From the NCBI GenBank assembly GCA_002422165.1, contig DITQ01000008.1, forward strand, positions 35,136 through 99,135: 64,000 nt of DNA, in the 5' to 3' direction. Positions within the stretch are counted from its first letter, which is position 1; the number at the start of each line of letters is the position of its first letter. Source of the DNA: Candidatus Pacebacteria bacterium UBA6180. Lineage in GTDB: Bacteria; Patescibacteriota; Microgenomatia; UBA1400; PJMF01. The notes under the pieces are model-generated. The model made no database searches. It was given only the letters and a program-made list of their open reading frames with translations, and was not told where the DNA came from. Made by a program: the position numbers and the translations under genes. Shown here one piece after another: positions 17,705 to 27,919 of the stretch.

Positions 17705-18667
17705 ATGGACACCGTAGGACTTTTTCGCCAGAACTTTCCAGATTTGGAGCTGTCTTTTAATTATCCTTTGACAGACAAGAATTATTTCAAATTGGGAGGC
17801 AGGGCGGAAGTTTTTTATAGTGCTCGCTCGAAGCAGGAAGCGATTTCTCTAGCTATTTTTTGTAAACAGCAAGGTATCAAGCTGACTATTCTTGGCGGCG
17901 GCAGTAACGTCATCATCGCTGACGAGGGCTTGTCTGGCTTAGTTCTACAATTAGCATTTCGGGAACTGACTTTCATCAGCGAAAACGAGCAGAGCCTAAC
18001 TCTGCAAGCCGATGCAGGCATCAAAACTTCTGCGCTGGTGGCCAGAGCAGCAGCCAAGAACGCTACTGGCCTGGAAGGATTTATCGGAGTGCCTGGTGTG
18101 CTTGGAGGAGCTATTTACAACAATGCTCACTATTTGGGTTTCTTGATTGGCGACTATATCACTCAGGTTGAAGTTTTTGACGTGAAAAAGGAAGAGACAG
18201 TTGTTTTTACACGTGAAAAATGTCAGTTTGCATACGAAAAATCGATTTTTCAAAGTGAAAAAGATTTAATTATATTTTCTGCATATTTCGAGCTAAAAAA
18301 AGCTTATCCAGATTTGATCAAAAGCAATTTACAATCAGCCATCAGTGAACGCGAGCGCACTCAGCCTTTGGCTCAGCCAAGTTGTGGTTGTGTCTTCCAA
18401 AACCCGCCCAACACTGAAGCCTTGCGTGAGCTCTTTCCTCAATTTAAGGAGCGCGACTTCATTCCAGCTGGTTTTTTGATTGACCAAGCCGGCTTGAAAG
18501 GCTTGCGCGAAGGTGACATTCAGGTTAGCGAGAAGCACGCTGCCTTTTTTATCAATCTGGGTCAGGGCCAAGCCAGTCAAGTCAAAACCTTGATTGCCAA
18601 AGTCAAAGCAAGTGTTTTGGCAAAATTTAATGTTATTCTAGAAGAAGAAGTTTTTTATCTGTCGTAG
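17705..18667 (+). CDS. murB: UDP-N-acetylenolpyruvoylglucosamine reductase
   Basis: FAD-binding N-terminus (…GGGSNVII…) and a MurB C-terminal domain. Directly upstream of murA. Confidence 0.85.
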   Translation: MDTVGLFRQNFPDLELSFNYPLTDKNYFKLGGRAEVFYSARSKQEAISLAIFCKQQGIKLTILGGGSNVIIADEGLSGLVLQLAFRELTFISENEQSLTLQADAGIKTSALVARAAAKNATGLEGFIGVPGVLGGAIYNNAHYLGFLIGDYITQVEVFDVKKEETVVFTREKCQFAYEKSIFQSEKDLIIFSAYFELKKAYPDLIKSNLQSAISERERTQPLAQPSCGCVFQNPPNTEALRELFPQFKERDFIPAGFLIDQAGLKGLREGDIQVSEKHAAFFINLGQGQASQVKTLIAKVKASVLAKFNVILEEEVFYLS

Positions 18668-18832
18668 AATTTTTGTACTTTAAATTCAATCACGCTCGAC
18701 TAAAATTGTCAGCTTCGTTTGTACCTGCAATCTTTGTCTCGCTCAGTGAAATCGCTGTCAAAAAACAAAGACTTCGTTTATGATTTGTAGTCAGCTCTTT
18801 CAATGGATTGCATTCAAAGTACAAAAATTCTA
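18665..18832. repeat. 17-bp perfect inverted repeat (TAGAATTTTTGTACTTT / AAAGTACAAAAATTCTA) bracketing the 134-nt murB-murA intergenic region
   Basis: Left arm 18665-18681 includes the murB stop codon. Right arm 18816-18832 lies 27 nt upstream of the murA ATG. Confidence 0.45.
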
Positions 18833-18858
18833 AAAATATATACGGAAAGAAAATCATT

Positions 18859-20190
18859 ATGTCCAAAGCAAGCTTCGTCGTCACTGGTGGTACGCCACTC
18901 TATGGCTCAGTCAGGGTGGGTGGTGCCAAGAATGCTTCTTATAAGCTGATGATCGCTGCTCTTCTTGGCAGCAAGCAAAGTCGCCTTCTCAATTTACCCG
19001 ATATTTCCGACGTAGACTTGGTTGCCTCGATTATCAATGAGCTTGGTGCCAAAGCTTACCGCGTCGGTGAGCGTACTTTTTTTATCGATGCTGGTAATCT
19101 ACGCTTCAGCGCTGTGCAGGCAAAGCACGGAGCCGCTTCACGGGCTTCGACGTTGTTTATTCCGGTACTTTTGGCTAAATTTGGCGAAGCTTCGGTGCCA
19201 CTTCCCGGCGGTGACCAGATCGGCAAGCGACCACTCGAGCGCCATATGGCAGGCTTGGAGTTGATGGGTGTCAAATTTACACAGGAAGATGGAGTGTTGA
19301 GAGCAACCTGCAAGGAGTTGCGTGGTTGTAGCTATCGCTTCGAGAAAAACACTCACACTGGCACAGAAACTTTGATCATGGCGGCGGTTTTGGCCAAAGG
19401 TAAAACCGTGCTAGAAAATGCTGCCGAAGAACCAGAAATTGACGACTTAATTGCTTTTCTTAATCACATGGGAGCCAAAATCCGCCGCCGCCCTTTTCGG
19501 ACTATCGAGATCGAGGGAGTTGAGAAGCTTAGTGGAGCTATTCACAAGATCATGCCAGACCGCAATGAAGCAGTTAGTTATGCTTGTGCAGCCATTGCCA
19601 GTCGAGGTGATATCGTGGTCGAAAATGCGCGCCACAAAGATCTCAAAGCTTTTCTTGATAAGTTGGATGAAATTGGCGCCGGCTACGAGATTGGTGATTA
19701 TGGCATTCGCTTCTATTACAAAGGTGAGCTGCGCGCTACCGATGTAGAGACGGAAATTCACCCTGGCTTCATGACTGATTGGCAACCTTTATTTGCTACC
19801 CTTCTCTGTCAGTGTCATGGAGAGAGCATTATTCATGAGACGGTGATGCAAAACCGCTTTCAGTATGTGGCTGATTTGCAGGCAATGGGGGCCAAAATTG
19901 AATATTTCAATCCAGAGGTCAAAAATCCCGAGACTTTTTACAATTTCAACTGGCAAGATCGTAGTGACAAAGACCGCCACGCTATTCGCATCATTGGCCC
20001 TACCAATTTTCAAGGCGGCGAGTTCAAAATTCATGACTTGCGAGCAGGAGCGACAATTTTGCTAGCAGCTATCAGTGCTCACGGCCAGACTACTTTGCAC
20101 AACATCGAGCAAGTTGAGCGTGGTTATCAAAAGATCGATGAGAAATTAATTTTGATGGGTGCTAAGATAGAGAGAGTTATCACGCAGTAA
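18859..20190 (+). CDS. murA: UDP-N-acetylglucosamine 1-carboxyvinyltransferase
   Basis: Start set at ATG 18859 (MSKASFVVTGG…) preceded by GGAAAG. EPSP-synthase-like fold motifs throughout. The ORF-track start 18808 is rejected. Confidence 0.9.
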   Translation: MSKASFVVTGGTPLYGSVRVGGAKNASYKLMIAALLGSKQSRLLNLPDISDVDLVASIINELGAKAYRVGERTFFIDAGNLRFSAVQAKHGAASRASTLFIPVLLAKFGEASVPLPGGDQIGKRPLERHMAGLELMGVKFTQEDGVLRATCKELRGCSYRFEKNTHTGTETLIMAAVLAKGKTVLENAAEEPEIDDLIAFLNHMGAKIRRRPFRTIEIEGVEKLSGAIHKIMPDRNEAVSYACAAIASRGDIVVENARHKDLKAFLDKLDEIGAGYEIGDYGIRFYYKGELRATDVETEIHPGFMTDWQPLFATLLCQCHGESIIHETVMQNRFQYVADLQAMGAKIEYFNPEVKNPETFYNFNWQDRSDKDRHAIRIIGPTNFQGGEFKIHDLRAGATILLAAISAHGQTTLHNIEQVERGYQKIDEKLILMGAKIERVITQ

Positions 20191-20205
20191 AAACGGAACA
20201 AAACT

Positions 20206-21249
20206 ATGGGGTCACTAGCATTATTTTTGGGTTTGTTGATTTTTTCTTTTGCGTTGACAAGTACGGCGGTGGTGCCGTTTATTAATTTGCTATATCGCTT
20301 GCGTTTTCGTCGCCAAGATCAGGAGACGACTGATGCCTTCGGCGAGCGGACACCCATTTTCGACAAATTTCACGCTGGTAAAGCAGGTGTGCCAGTGGGC
20401 GGCGGTTTGTTGGTAGTGATGGCGGTGTCTTTGTTTTTTGCCTTGATGATTCCAGCTCTTAATTATTTTGGAATCGAGGTAACTAGCTTACACAATGATA
20501 GCCAAGCTGAGGTTAATGTGCTTTTTTTTACTTTCCTTTCTTTTGCGATTTTAGGGCTTTATGACGATATTAAGAAATTTTTTCACTTCGATGATAAGAA
20601 GTTTTTTGGTTTACGCATGCGGGCTAAGTTATTACTGCAGGTTTTGTTAGCCGCGATTATTGCCTGCATGATTTATTTCCAGTTAGGGATTTCGATTTTG
20701 CACGTGCCTTTTATGGGTACGCTGCAACTTGGGTATTTTTACATTCCTTTTGCGGCTTTTGTAATTGTCGCTTTTGCTAATGCGGTCAACATTACTGACG
20801 GTTTGGATGGCTTAGCGGCAGGAGTACTGTTATTTTCGCTTTTTGGCTTGTGGATTTTATCCTCGACGATCCTCGATGTTCCTTTATCAGTTTTTATTGC
20901 TTTGTGGTTGGGCGCCTTGATTTCTTTTTTGTACTTCAATGTTTACCCGGCCAGAATTTTTATGGGCGATGTTGGCTCGCTGGCTTTTGGGGCGACTTTG
21001 GCGGTGATTGGTTTATTGCTTGGCAAAATTTTGGCGCTTCTAGTGATTGGCTTTATCTTCGTGGTGGAAATTGCTAGTTCACTATTGCAGCTTTCTGCCA
21101 AAAAGTATTTCAAGAAGAAAATTTTCACTGCTGCTCCGCTTCATTTAAGCTTTCAGGAAAAAGGTTGGGCCGAGCCAAAAATTGTCCAGCGTGCTTGGCT
21201 GCTGCAAATCATGCTAACTATCTTTGGGGTATGGTTAGCGGTTATTTAG
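20206..21249 (+). CDS. mraY: Phospho-N-acetylmuramoyl-pentapeptide transferase
   Basis: Signature DD…, NAVNITDGLDGLAAG, 10 TM. Confidence 0.9.
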   Translation: MGSLALFLGLLIFSFALTSTAVVPFINLLYRLRFRRQDQETTDAFGERTPIFDKFHAGKAGVPVGGGLLVVMAVSLFFALMIPALNYFGIEVTSLHNDSQAEVNVLFFTFLSFAILGLYDDIKKFFHFDDKKFFGLRMRAKLLLQVLLAAIIACMIYFQLGISILHVPFMGTLQLGYFYIPFAAFVIVAFANAVNITDGLDGLAAGVLLFSLFGLWILSSTILDVPLSVFIALWLGALISFLYFNVYPARIFMGDVGSLAFGATLAVIGLLLGKILALLVIGFIFVVEIASSLLQLSAKKYFKKKIFTAAPLHLSFQEKGWAEPKIVQRAWLLQIMLTIFGVWLAVI

Positions 21250-21283
21250 AATAGATTTAAATCGAGCTTGTTGTTAAATAAAA

Positions 21284-22354
21284 ATGTCAGCTGCCAGACT
21301 ATTTTTCATCAATTTATTTTTGCTTGCTTTCGTAGGTTTATTTTTTGTGTTTGAAGCTTCGACGGTGGAGAGTTTCAAGTTATTTGGCCATCAATACTAC
21401 TTTTTTAAACAGCAGGCTATTTGGCTCTTGTTGTCTGGTGTGTTCTTTTTCATCATTGCTCGTTTTAAATTGGATTTCGCTAAGAAATATGCTCTGCAGT
21501 TTTATCTTCTAGCGATGTTTCTACTAATCTTAACCCTGATTCCAGGGATTGGTCTCAAGCTCAACGGCGCTAGGCGATGGATTGCTCTACCTTTTGTTAC
21601 GCTCCAGACTGTAGAAGTGGTTAAGCTGGTCCTGATCAATTTCATGGCTTTTCTCTTATCCAAAAAGTTGAACTTGAGGAGTTTTTTATTTTTTCTATTT
21701 TGGCCAGTATTTCTAGTCATGTTGCAGCCAGATTTTGGTTCAGTGATGATTCTGGTGGCAACTAGCCTCATCATTTATTTTTTATCAGGAGCACCGTTTA
21801 AAAAACTGTTGTTATTGGCTGCAGGTGGGGCTTTTTTGGCCTTGCTAGTAGTGTTACTTAGTCCTTATCGTCGCGATCGTTTGATGACTTTTCTAAATCC
21901 TGAATCCAATCTGCAAGACCAGTCTTATCATGTTCGTCAGATCACTTTGGCCTTGGGAGGTGGAGCTTGGTTTGGACGCGGCATCGGTAATTCACTGCAA
22001 AAATATTCTTACGTGCCAGAGGCCAGCAGTGATTCGATCTTTGCCATCATTGCAGAAGAAGTTGGTTTTGTTGGTTCGACGATGATCATCTTGCTTTTTG
22101 CAGGATATTTTATCTTTGCTCAAGCGATGGTGCGCGATAAGAATTTAACTAAATATGAATATTTATTGTTTTACGGCATTTTGGGTTGGCTGGCTACTCA
22201 AATCTTTTTCAATTTAGCAGCAGTTGTTGTACTTTTACCACTAAGCGGCATGCCTCTACCCTTCTTTTCTCAAGGTGGCTCGGCGCTACTAATGTCTTTT
22301 GTGGCGAGTGCTGTTTTACTCTCTATCGCCAAGCATGCTAAGATAAAAAAGTGA
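21284..22354 (+). CDS. ftsW: SEDS-family peptidoglycan glycosyltransferase, FtsW by position in the dcw cluster
   Basis: FtsW/RodA motifs (…QPDFGS…, …GGSA…), located between mraY and murG. Confidence 0.8.
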   Translation: MSAARLFFINLFLLAFVGLFFVFEASTVESFKLFGHQYYFFKQQAIWLLLSGVFFFIIARFKLDFAKKYALQFYLLAMFLLILTLIPGIGLKLNGARRWIALPFVTLQTVEVVKLVLINFMAFLLSKKLNLRSFLFFLFWPVFLVMLQPDFGSVMILVATSLIIYFLSGAPFKKLLLLAAGGAFLALLVVLLSPYRRDRLMTFLNPESNLQDQSYHVRQITLALGGGAWFGRGIGNSLQKYSYVPEASSDSIFAIIAEEVGFVGSTMIILLFAGYFIFAQAMVRDKNLTKYEYLLFYGILGWLATQIFFNLAAVVVLLPLSGMPLPFFSQGGSALLMSFVASAVLLSIAKHAKIKK

Positions 22355-23478
22355 GAATTCTACTTAGTGGTGCCCACCTAACTCCAGCTTTGGCGATGAT
22401 TGATTTCATCAAGGCTAATCATCCCGAACACGAGCTTTTTTTCGTGGGGCGTCTTTACAGTCAAGAGAAGCTGGGTCAGAAAGCAGTCGAAGAGGCAGAA
22501 GTCAACAAGCGCCAGGTCAAATTTATTCCTTTTACGGCGCCTAAATTCGTCAATCATTCTTTTTTAACCAAGCTCAACAACTTATTAACTTTCCCCAAAG
22601 TTGTTCGTCAGGCTAGGGAAATTTTGCGCGAAGAAAAAATTGATCTTTTCCTATCTTTTGGTTCCTATTTAGCAGTGCCCTTTGCCCTGGCTGCCAAAAG
22701 TTTACAAATTCCTATCGTTACACACGAACAAACCGTGGTAATGGGTAAAGCCAATCGTTTCATCTCAACCTTGGCTGATCGTGTGGCTATTTCGCACCTG
22801 GAAACCAAGCGCTACTTGGGAAACACTGAGGCGGTGCTAACCGGCAATCCGGTGCGCGCTAAGCTTTTTGCTAAAGATCTCAAGCGACCTAGTTGGTTGC
22901 CGGCAGAAATCAAAAATATCATTCTGGTGATGGGCGGCAACCAAGGTTCTTTTGTGCTCAACGATGCAGTCGAAGCAGCACTGCCACAACTATTGACGAA
23001 ATACAGTGTCATCCATCAGTGTGGAAGATCCAATAAGCTCAAAAACCCATCACAGCATCTGGAAAAATACAAAAAAAGTCTAGCCAAAGAGTTGCGACAA
23101 AAATATTTCATTAAGGAGTGGATCGAAGACGAAGATTTGTTTTGGATTTATCAACACGCAAAATTTGCTATTTCCAGATCAGGCGCGAACGCTGTTTTGG
23201 AGTTGTCACTGGCGCCTCTGCCCGCCATTCTCATTCCCCTGCCCAATACTTACCAAGATGAGCAGTTAGCCAACGCTTCAATGATGCAAAAAGCCAATGG
23301 AGCCCTGATTTTGCAGCAAAGCTTGCTGAATGCCACCACGCTATTGGATAGCGTTGCGCATCTGGAGCAAAACTACCGAGAAATGCGGCGTGATTTGGCC
23401 AGAAGCAGCAATTACCTTGGAGCTAGCGCCAAACTTTATCAATTATTGGTGGAGGCTTATCAGGCTAAGAGGTTGTGA
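22351..23478 (+). CDS. murG: Undecaprenyldiphospho-muramoylpentapeptide beta-N-acetylglucosaminyltransferase
   Basis: GT28 N- and C-terminal domains. Overlaps ftsW by 4 nt. Confidence 0.85.
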   Translation: MRILLSGAHLTPALAMIDFIKANHPEHELFFVGRLYSQEKLGQKAVEEAEVNKRQVKFIPFTAPKFVNHSFLTKLNNLLTFPKVVRQAREILREEKIDLFLSFGSYLAVPFALAAKSLQIPIVTHEQTVVMGKANRFISTLADRVAISHLETKRYLGNTEAVLTGNPVRAKLFAKDLKRPSWLPAEIKNIILVMGGNQGSFVLNDAVEAALPQLLTKYSVIHQCGRSNKLKNPSQHLEKYKKSLAKELRQKYFIKEWIEDEDLFWIYQHAKFAISRSGANAVLELSLAPLPAILIPLPNTYQDEQLANASMMQKANGALILQQSLLNATTLLDSVAHLEQNYREMRRDLARSSNYLGASAKLYQLLVEAYQAKRL

Positions 23479-24170
23479 AAATCATCCCTTTTTTTATTTT
23501 GTTGCTTTTGTTTGTTTTGTCGCTAAAATTTGTTTTTGTGGTGCGTCAGGTCGATTGTTTGCTTCAAGGTGTTAGCTTGGAAGAAGGTGTCTGTCAACAA
23601 ATAAACAAACATTTTCTTGGAAAATCGCTTTTTTTAACTGATTTTGAAAACGCTTCGATTTGGAATGAGTTGCTTGGCAGTGAACGATATAGTCAAGCTT
23701 ATCAATACCAAACAGTTAATAAATCTTTGGGCGGTCAGATTGAGTTGACCTTAGTGGCCAAACTACCAGACTATCGTCTGCAAAGTAGTCAGGGTAGTTT
23801 TTTGCTTAACCACAGTAATAAGTTGCGCAACGATCGAGCGGATTTGTCTCTGCCAACAATTGAAGCGGAGCTTGAGCCTGTAATTTTAGCAAATGGTTAT
23901 TTGGGAGAAGATTTACACGAGCATTTTTTTGCCTTGTCCAAGGCGCTGCACTTATATGGTTTTGACGATAGCCAAGTCAAATGGTTGAGCGAACAGGAAA
24001 TTCAGTTGCGCACAGCCAACCTGCTAGTTCTACTTGATAGCAGTAAAGATTATGAATACCAAATTGAGCGCTTGCATGCGATCCTGAGTGATCGTGAGCT
24101 GGCTGCAACTTTAGCAGCTGGCCAAGTTTTAGATTTACGTTTCAATTTACCGGTTTTGAAAAAATATTAG
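23475..24170 (+). CDS. ftsQ: Cell division protein FtsQ/DivIB-like
   Basis: N-terminal TM plus periplasmic body. Position between murG and ftsA. Weak sequence signal. Confidence 0.5.
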   Translation: MKIIPFFILLLLFVLSLKFVFVVRQVDCLLQGVSLEEGVCQQINKHFLGKSLFLTDFENASIWNELLGSERYSQAYQYQTVNKSLGGQIELTLVAKLPDYRLQSSQGSFLLNHSNKLRNDRADLSLPTIEAELEPVILANGYLGEDLHEHFFALSKALHLYGFDDSQVKWLSEQEIQLRTANLLVLLDSSKDYEYQIERLHAILSDRELAATLAAGQVLDLRFNLPVLKKY

Positions 24171-24218
24171 AGCAAAACATAGACAGCAGGCTGAAATTTT
24201 TGTATTATCAAAGTAGCC

Positions 24219-25529
24219 ATGAGCAAAGAACAAGTAATTACTGCAATTGATTTGGGTAGTGAGAAATGCACCACCTTGATTGCTCGAGTCAATGAGGCCA
24301 GCACGCTACAGGTGCTTGGTTTTGCAGTGATTCCTTCGCGCGGGATGAAGCGCAGCATGATCATCGATCTAGAGCAGGTGCTCAATACTGTTAGTCAGGG
24401 ATTGGATGCGGCCGAACGGATGGCTGGCTTTAGCGTCAAGAATGCCGTCGTTTCTATTTCTGGAGTTCACATCAAGTACAAAAATTCTCGCGGCGTAGTA
24501 GCCGTGGCTTCAGCTGATCAAGAAATTGTTAGAAGCGATATCGATCGAGTTATCGAAGCGGCTCGCGCAGTGTCTATGCCTTCTGACCGCGAAATTATTC
24601 ATGTTATTCCCAAGGATTTTAAAGTTGATTCCCAGGAAGGCGTCAAAGATCCAGCCGGCATGACTGGAGTGCGCCTAGAAGCTGAAGCCCACATCATCAC
24701 TGCCCTCAACACGTCTTTGCGCAATATCGAGAAATGCATTAGTGATCTGGGCATCAAAGTCGATGCTTTTGTCTTTTCTGCCTTGGCTGCGGCCAGCGTA
24801 GCTCTCAGTGAAACCGAGAAAGAACTGGGTGTGGTCTTGGTCGACATCGGGGCCGGCACTACCAGTATCATTGCATACGTGGAAGGAGCTCTAGAATTCT
24901 CAGCGGTGTTGCCGATTGGTGCCAAGCACATCACCCAGGACATTGCTCTGGGGTGTCGCATTCCGATGGATGACGCCGAGAAACTCAAGCTTTATTTGAC
25001 CGACAATAACCTCGAAGACCTGCGGCCGATTCCCGGGGAATCTAAGGTTGATTTTACCAAGCGCAAGAAGAAGCTTGATTTGATCGACCCAGAGAAGGTT
25101 GGCATCGCTCATAACGATTTTCTGTCCAAGAAAACCTTGGTTGGTGGGATTATGGAGCCTCGTCTGCGCGAAATTTTCAAATTAGTTATGCAGGAATTAG
25201 ATAAGGCTGATCTGCTTTCTGGCAACAAAGTCCCCGCAGGGCTCGTTTTGACTGGCGGTGGGGCGATGACTGCTTCAGTGGTTGAGGTGGCCAAGAAAGT
25301 CAGTAGCTTGCCCGTGCGCTTGGCAGCTCCAGAGGAGATTGAAGGTCTGACTGAGGACATCAAGAAGCCAAATTTTGCCGTCTCGGTGGGTTTGCTTGAA
25401 TATGCGCTTACACAAGGCAAGACAGCAGTAGTCGCCGAAGAATTTAATTGGCACTCCTTGATCCCAGGTGGACTGGGAGGCAAGCTACTTGGTGGCTTGA
25501 AAAAATTAGCCAAGTCAATTTTACCTTGA
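24219..25529 (+). CDS. ftsA: Cell division protein FtsA
   Basis: Actin-like ATPase motifs (…AIDLGSEK…, …DIGAGTT…, …LTGGGA…). Confidence 0.9.
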   Translation: MSKEQVITAIDLGSEKCTTLIARVNEASTLQVLGFAVIPSRGMKRSMIIDLEQVLNTVSQGLDAAERMAGFSVKNAVVSISGVHIKYKNSRGVVAVASADQEIVRSDIDRVIEAARAVSMPSDREIIHVIPKDFKVDSQEGVKDPAGMTGVRLEAEAHIITALNTSLRNIEKCISDLGIKVDAFVFSALAAASVALSETEKELGVVLVDIGAGTTSIIAYVEGALEFSAVLPIGAKHITQDIALGCRIPMDDAEKLKLYLTDNNLEDLRPIPGESKVDFTKRKKKLDLIDPEKVGIAHNDFLSKKTLVGGIMEPRLREIFKLVMQELDKADLLSGNKVPAGLVLTGGGAMTASVVEVAKKVSSLPVRLAAPEEIEGLTEDIKKPNFAVSVGLLEYALTQGKTAVVAEEFNWHSLIPGGLGGKLLGGLKKLAKSILP

Positions 25530-25582
25530 TTTTTATGTTATAGTTTGATAGTGTATTTGCACATACAGAAAGCCTTAAAAAT

Positions 25583-26884
25583 ATGGGACTCGTAAAACCT
25601 TCCAATACTACTTTTGCCAAGATCAAAGTCATCGGTGTCGGTGGTGGCGGCAGCAATGCGGTCAACTCGATGGTTTTGTCTCGTCAAATTAACGGTGTGG
25701 AATTCATTACTGTCAACACCGATGCGCAGGCCCTGCTCACCTCCAAAGCTGAAACCAAGATGCAGATCGGCACCAACTTTACCCGTGGCTTGGGTGCTGG
25801 CGCTGATCCAGAGGTTGGGCGCACGGCGGCAGAAGAAAGCCGCGAGAAACTCAAGGATTTATTATTTGACACCGATATGGTTTTTATCACTGCTGGCATG
25901 GGTGGTGGTACGGGCACAGGAGCGGCACCCATCATTGCTGAAATTGCCAAAGAAGCTGGAGCCCTGACAGTGGCGGTGGTCACCAAGCCTTTTGCCTTTG
26001 AAGGTATCAGGCGTATGCAGACTGCTGACGAGGGTATCGAAGCTTTGGGTGATAGTGTAGACACTTTGATCGTTATTCCCAACCAGCGTTTACTAGAGGT
26101 AATTGATAAAAAAATGACTTTCATCGACGCCTTTCGCCTAGCCGATAACGTGCTTGGTCAGGGAGTCAAAGGTATTTCGGATCTGATTACCATCGCTGGC
26201 ATGATCAATGTCGACTTCGCTGACGTCAAAACGATCATGATTGATTCTGGTTCGGCCCTGATGGGCATTGGTGAAGCTTCTGGAGAAGATAGGGCGGTGG
26301 TGGCGGCACGCATGGCTGTTTCTTCGCCTCTGCTCGAAGTCTCGATCGATGGTGCCAAGGGCATTCTCTACAACATCACTGGTGGTCCAGATATGGCGAT
26401 GAGCGAAATTTCTGACGCTTCAGCAGTGATTGCCGACAGTGCCGATCCGGACGCTAACATTATTTTTGGGGCTACCATCGACGAAAACATGGGTTCTAAG
26501 ATTAAGATTAGCGTTATTGCCACTGGCTTTGGTGACACTTATTCTGGTACTGGCCCACGAGCGATGTTTGGCGCTTACTCTCGTGAATCCAGGCGCAAGA
26601 TGAGTGGCCCGACGGCCGCTTACAAGAACGATGAGAAGCCAGAGCAGCAAGAAGAGAAAATTGATCGTGCGCCCAGCGCATTTACTCAGCCTCAGGCTGC
26701 GCCAGCCAAGCCAGTTAAGGAAGAAGAGCCAGTTAGCCGCAATCCTTTTGTGCGCTCTGCCCTCTTCAACCTGAAGAAAAAAGACGAGCAGAAGCGTGAT
26801 GACCAGAGCGACAAAAAAGAAGACATTGATAGTGACGATGAGTTTGCCGAGTTCGATGTGCCAGCGTTTTTGAGGGATAGGTAG
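25583..26884 (+). CDS. ftsZ: Cell division GTPase FtsZ
   Basis: Tubulin signature [11 protein letters not shown]7 loop and acidic C-terminal tail. Confidence 0.95.
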   Translation: MGLVKPSNTTFAKIKVIGVGGGGSNAVNSMVLSRQINGVEFITVNTDAQALLTSKAETKMQIGTNFTRGLGAGADPEVGRTAAEESREKLKDLLFDTDMVFITAGMGGGTGTGAAPIIAEIAKEAGALTVAVVTKPFAFEGIRRMQTADEGIEALGDSVDTLIVIPNQRLLEVIDKKMTFIDAFRLADNVLGQGVKGISDLITIAGMINVDFADVKTIMIDSGSALMGIGEASGEDRAVVAARMAVSSPLLEVSIDGAKGILYNITGGPDMAMSEISDASAVIADSADPDANIIFGATIDENMGSKIKISVIATGFGDTYSGTGPRAMFGAYSRESRRKMSGPTAAYKNDEKPEQQEEKIDRAPSAFTQPQAAPAKPVKEEEPVSRNPFVRSALFNLKKKDEQKRDDQSDKKEDIDSDDEFAEFDVPAFLRDR

Positions 26885-26893
26885 AATATTGTC

Positions 26894-27613
26894 GTGGAGT
26901 ATTTTTATTTTTCAATAATTGTTTTAGCAGCATCCTTTTTACAAGGATTGACTGGTTTTGGTTTTGCTATTTTAGCCGCACCTCTTTGCCTTCTTTTTTT
27001 TGAGCAACAAGAAGTAGTAATTGTTTTATCTGCAGTGAGCTTATTATTGAACCTTTATTTGGTTCTCAAAATTAAAGCCAGCCCTGATTTTCAAATCCTA
27101 AGGCAACTGCTTCTTGCAGGGATAATGGGATTGCCTGTTGGGGTAGCTGTTTTATTGATGTTTAACCCTGAATTTTTGAAAATTTCCACTTCTTTATTAG
27201 TTTTAACGTTTGCTTTGCTTAGTTTGTTTCCAAAGTTAAGTTTTAAGAAAAATGATTGGATAACTGTAAACGTTGGCTTTCTCAGTGGCTTATTACAGTC
27301 TGGAATTGGTTTGAATGGACCAATTCTAGCCTTGACCTTAAACAGCTATGATTTAGAACCAATTAAAATTAGAAAAACTCTGGCAATTCTTTTTTTGGCT
27401 CTAAGTTCGTTTAGTATTCCGCTTTTTATTTTAAGTAACATTGTTAATCAAAAAGTAATTAGTCTGAGTTTGCTCGCCTTACCTTTTATTTGCTTGGGAG
27501 CCTGGTTGGGAAATATTGCTTTTGATAACAGCAAGCAACATCATTTTAAATTGATGACTATGGCTTTATCAGTCATTGCTGCTTTATACTCAATAATGCG
27601 AATTCTATCTTAA
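26894..27613 (+). CDS. TauE/SafE (DUF81) family membrane permease
   Basis: 239 aa, 7-8 TM. Duplicated LQGLTGFGF-type motif. Confidence 0.65.
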   Translation: MEYFYFSIIVLAASFLQGLTGFGFAILAAPLCLLFFEQQEVVIVLSAVSLLLNLYLVLKIKASPDFQILRQLLLAGIMGLPVGVAVLLMFNPEFLKISTSLLVLTFALLSLFPKLSFKKNDWITVNVGFLSGLLQSGIGLNGPILALTLNSYDLEPIKIRKTLAILFLALSSFSIPLFILSNIVNQKVISLSLLALPFICLGAWLGNIAFDNSKQHHFKLMTMALSVIAALYSIMRILS

Positions 27614-27666
27614 GCTTTGTGTTCGCTTGAGTTTTTCTTATTTATTACTTTTACTTTTGCAAAAAG

Positions 27667-27891
27667 CAGAGGGAGGAAATATAATTCTAACAATAACCTT
27701 AAAACCTTTCGAGCCGCTATCCACGGCGAGGTGTCTGCAGAAAGCTTTTTGAAACTTAAAGAGCAAGTAAACCAGGCCGGCAGAGTCCGTAATCGCTCTT
27801 AATCAAGTATTAGTCAGGCTGGTACCTTCGTCTATCAAGATGAGCCTGCTTAGAAACGACATAAAGTTCGTTTTTAGGCAGGCTTTTTTAG
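27667..27891 (+). promoter_or_regulatory. Candidate T-box riboswitch leader of ileS, with terminator/antiterminator
   Basis: Stem I-like helix GCAGA…UCUGC (27667-27738) encloses the hairpin GCCG-CUAUCCA-CGGC, whose loop contains AUC (Ile codon, 27719-27721). T-box-like core AGGCUGGUACC (27816-27826). AGCCUGC (27843-27849) can pair either with the upstream CAGGCU (antiterminator) or the downstream GCAGGCU (27879-27885) followed by UUUUUU (terminator). ileS ATG is at 27920. Confidence 0.45.
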
Positions 27892-27919
27892 TAGCAAAAA
27901 AGTATAGTATAAGGAAACC

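Noticed and set aside
24599-26650. Numerous minus-strand ORFs within ftsA/ftsZ
   Set aside because: Antisense to textbook ftsA and ftsZ genes.
27617-27802. 61-aa ORF in the ileS leader
   Set aside because: Coincides with the structured T-box-like leader. No SD, and leader RNA explains the region better.
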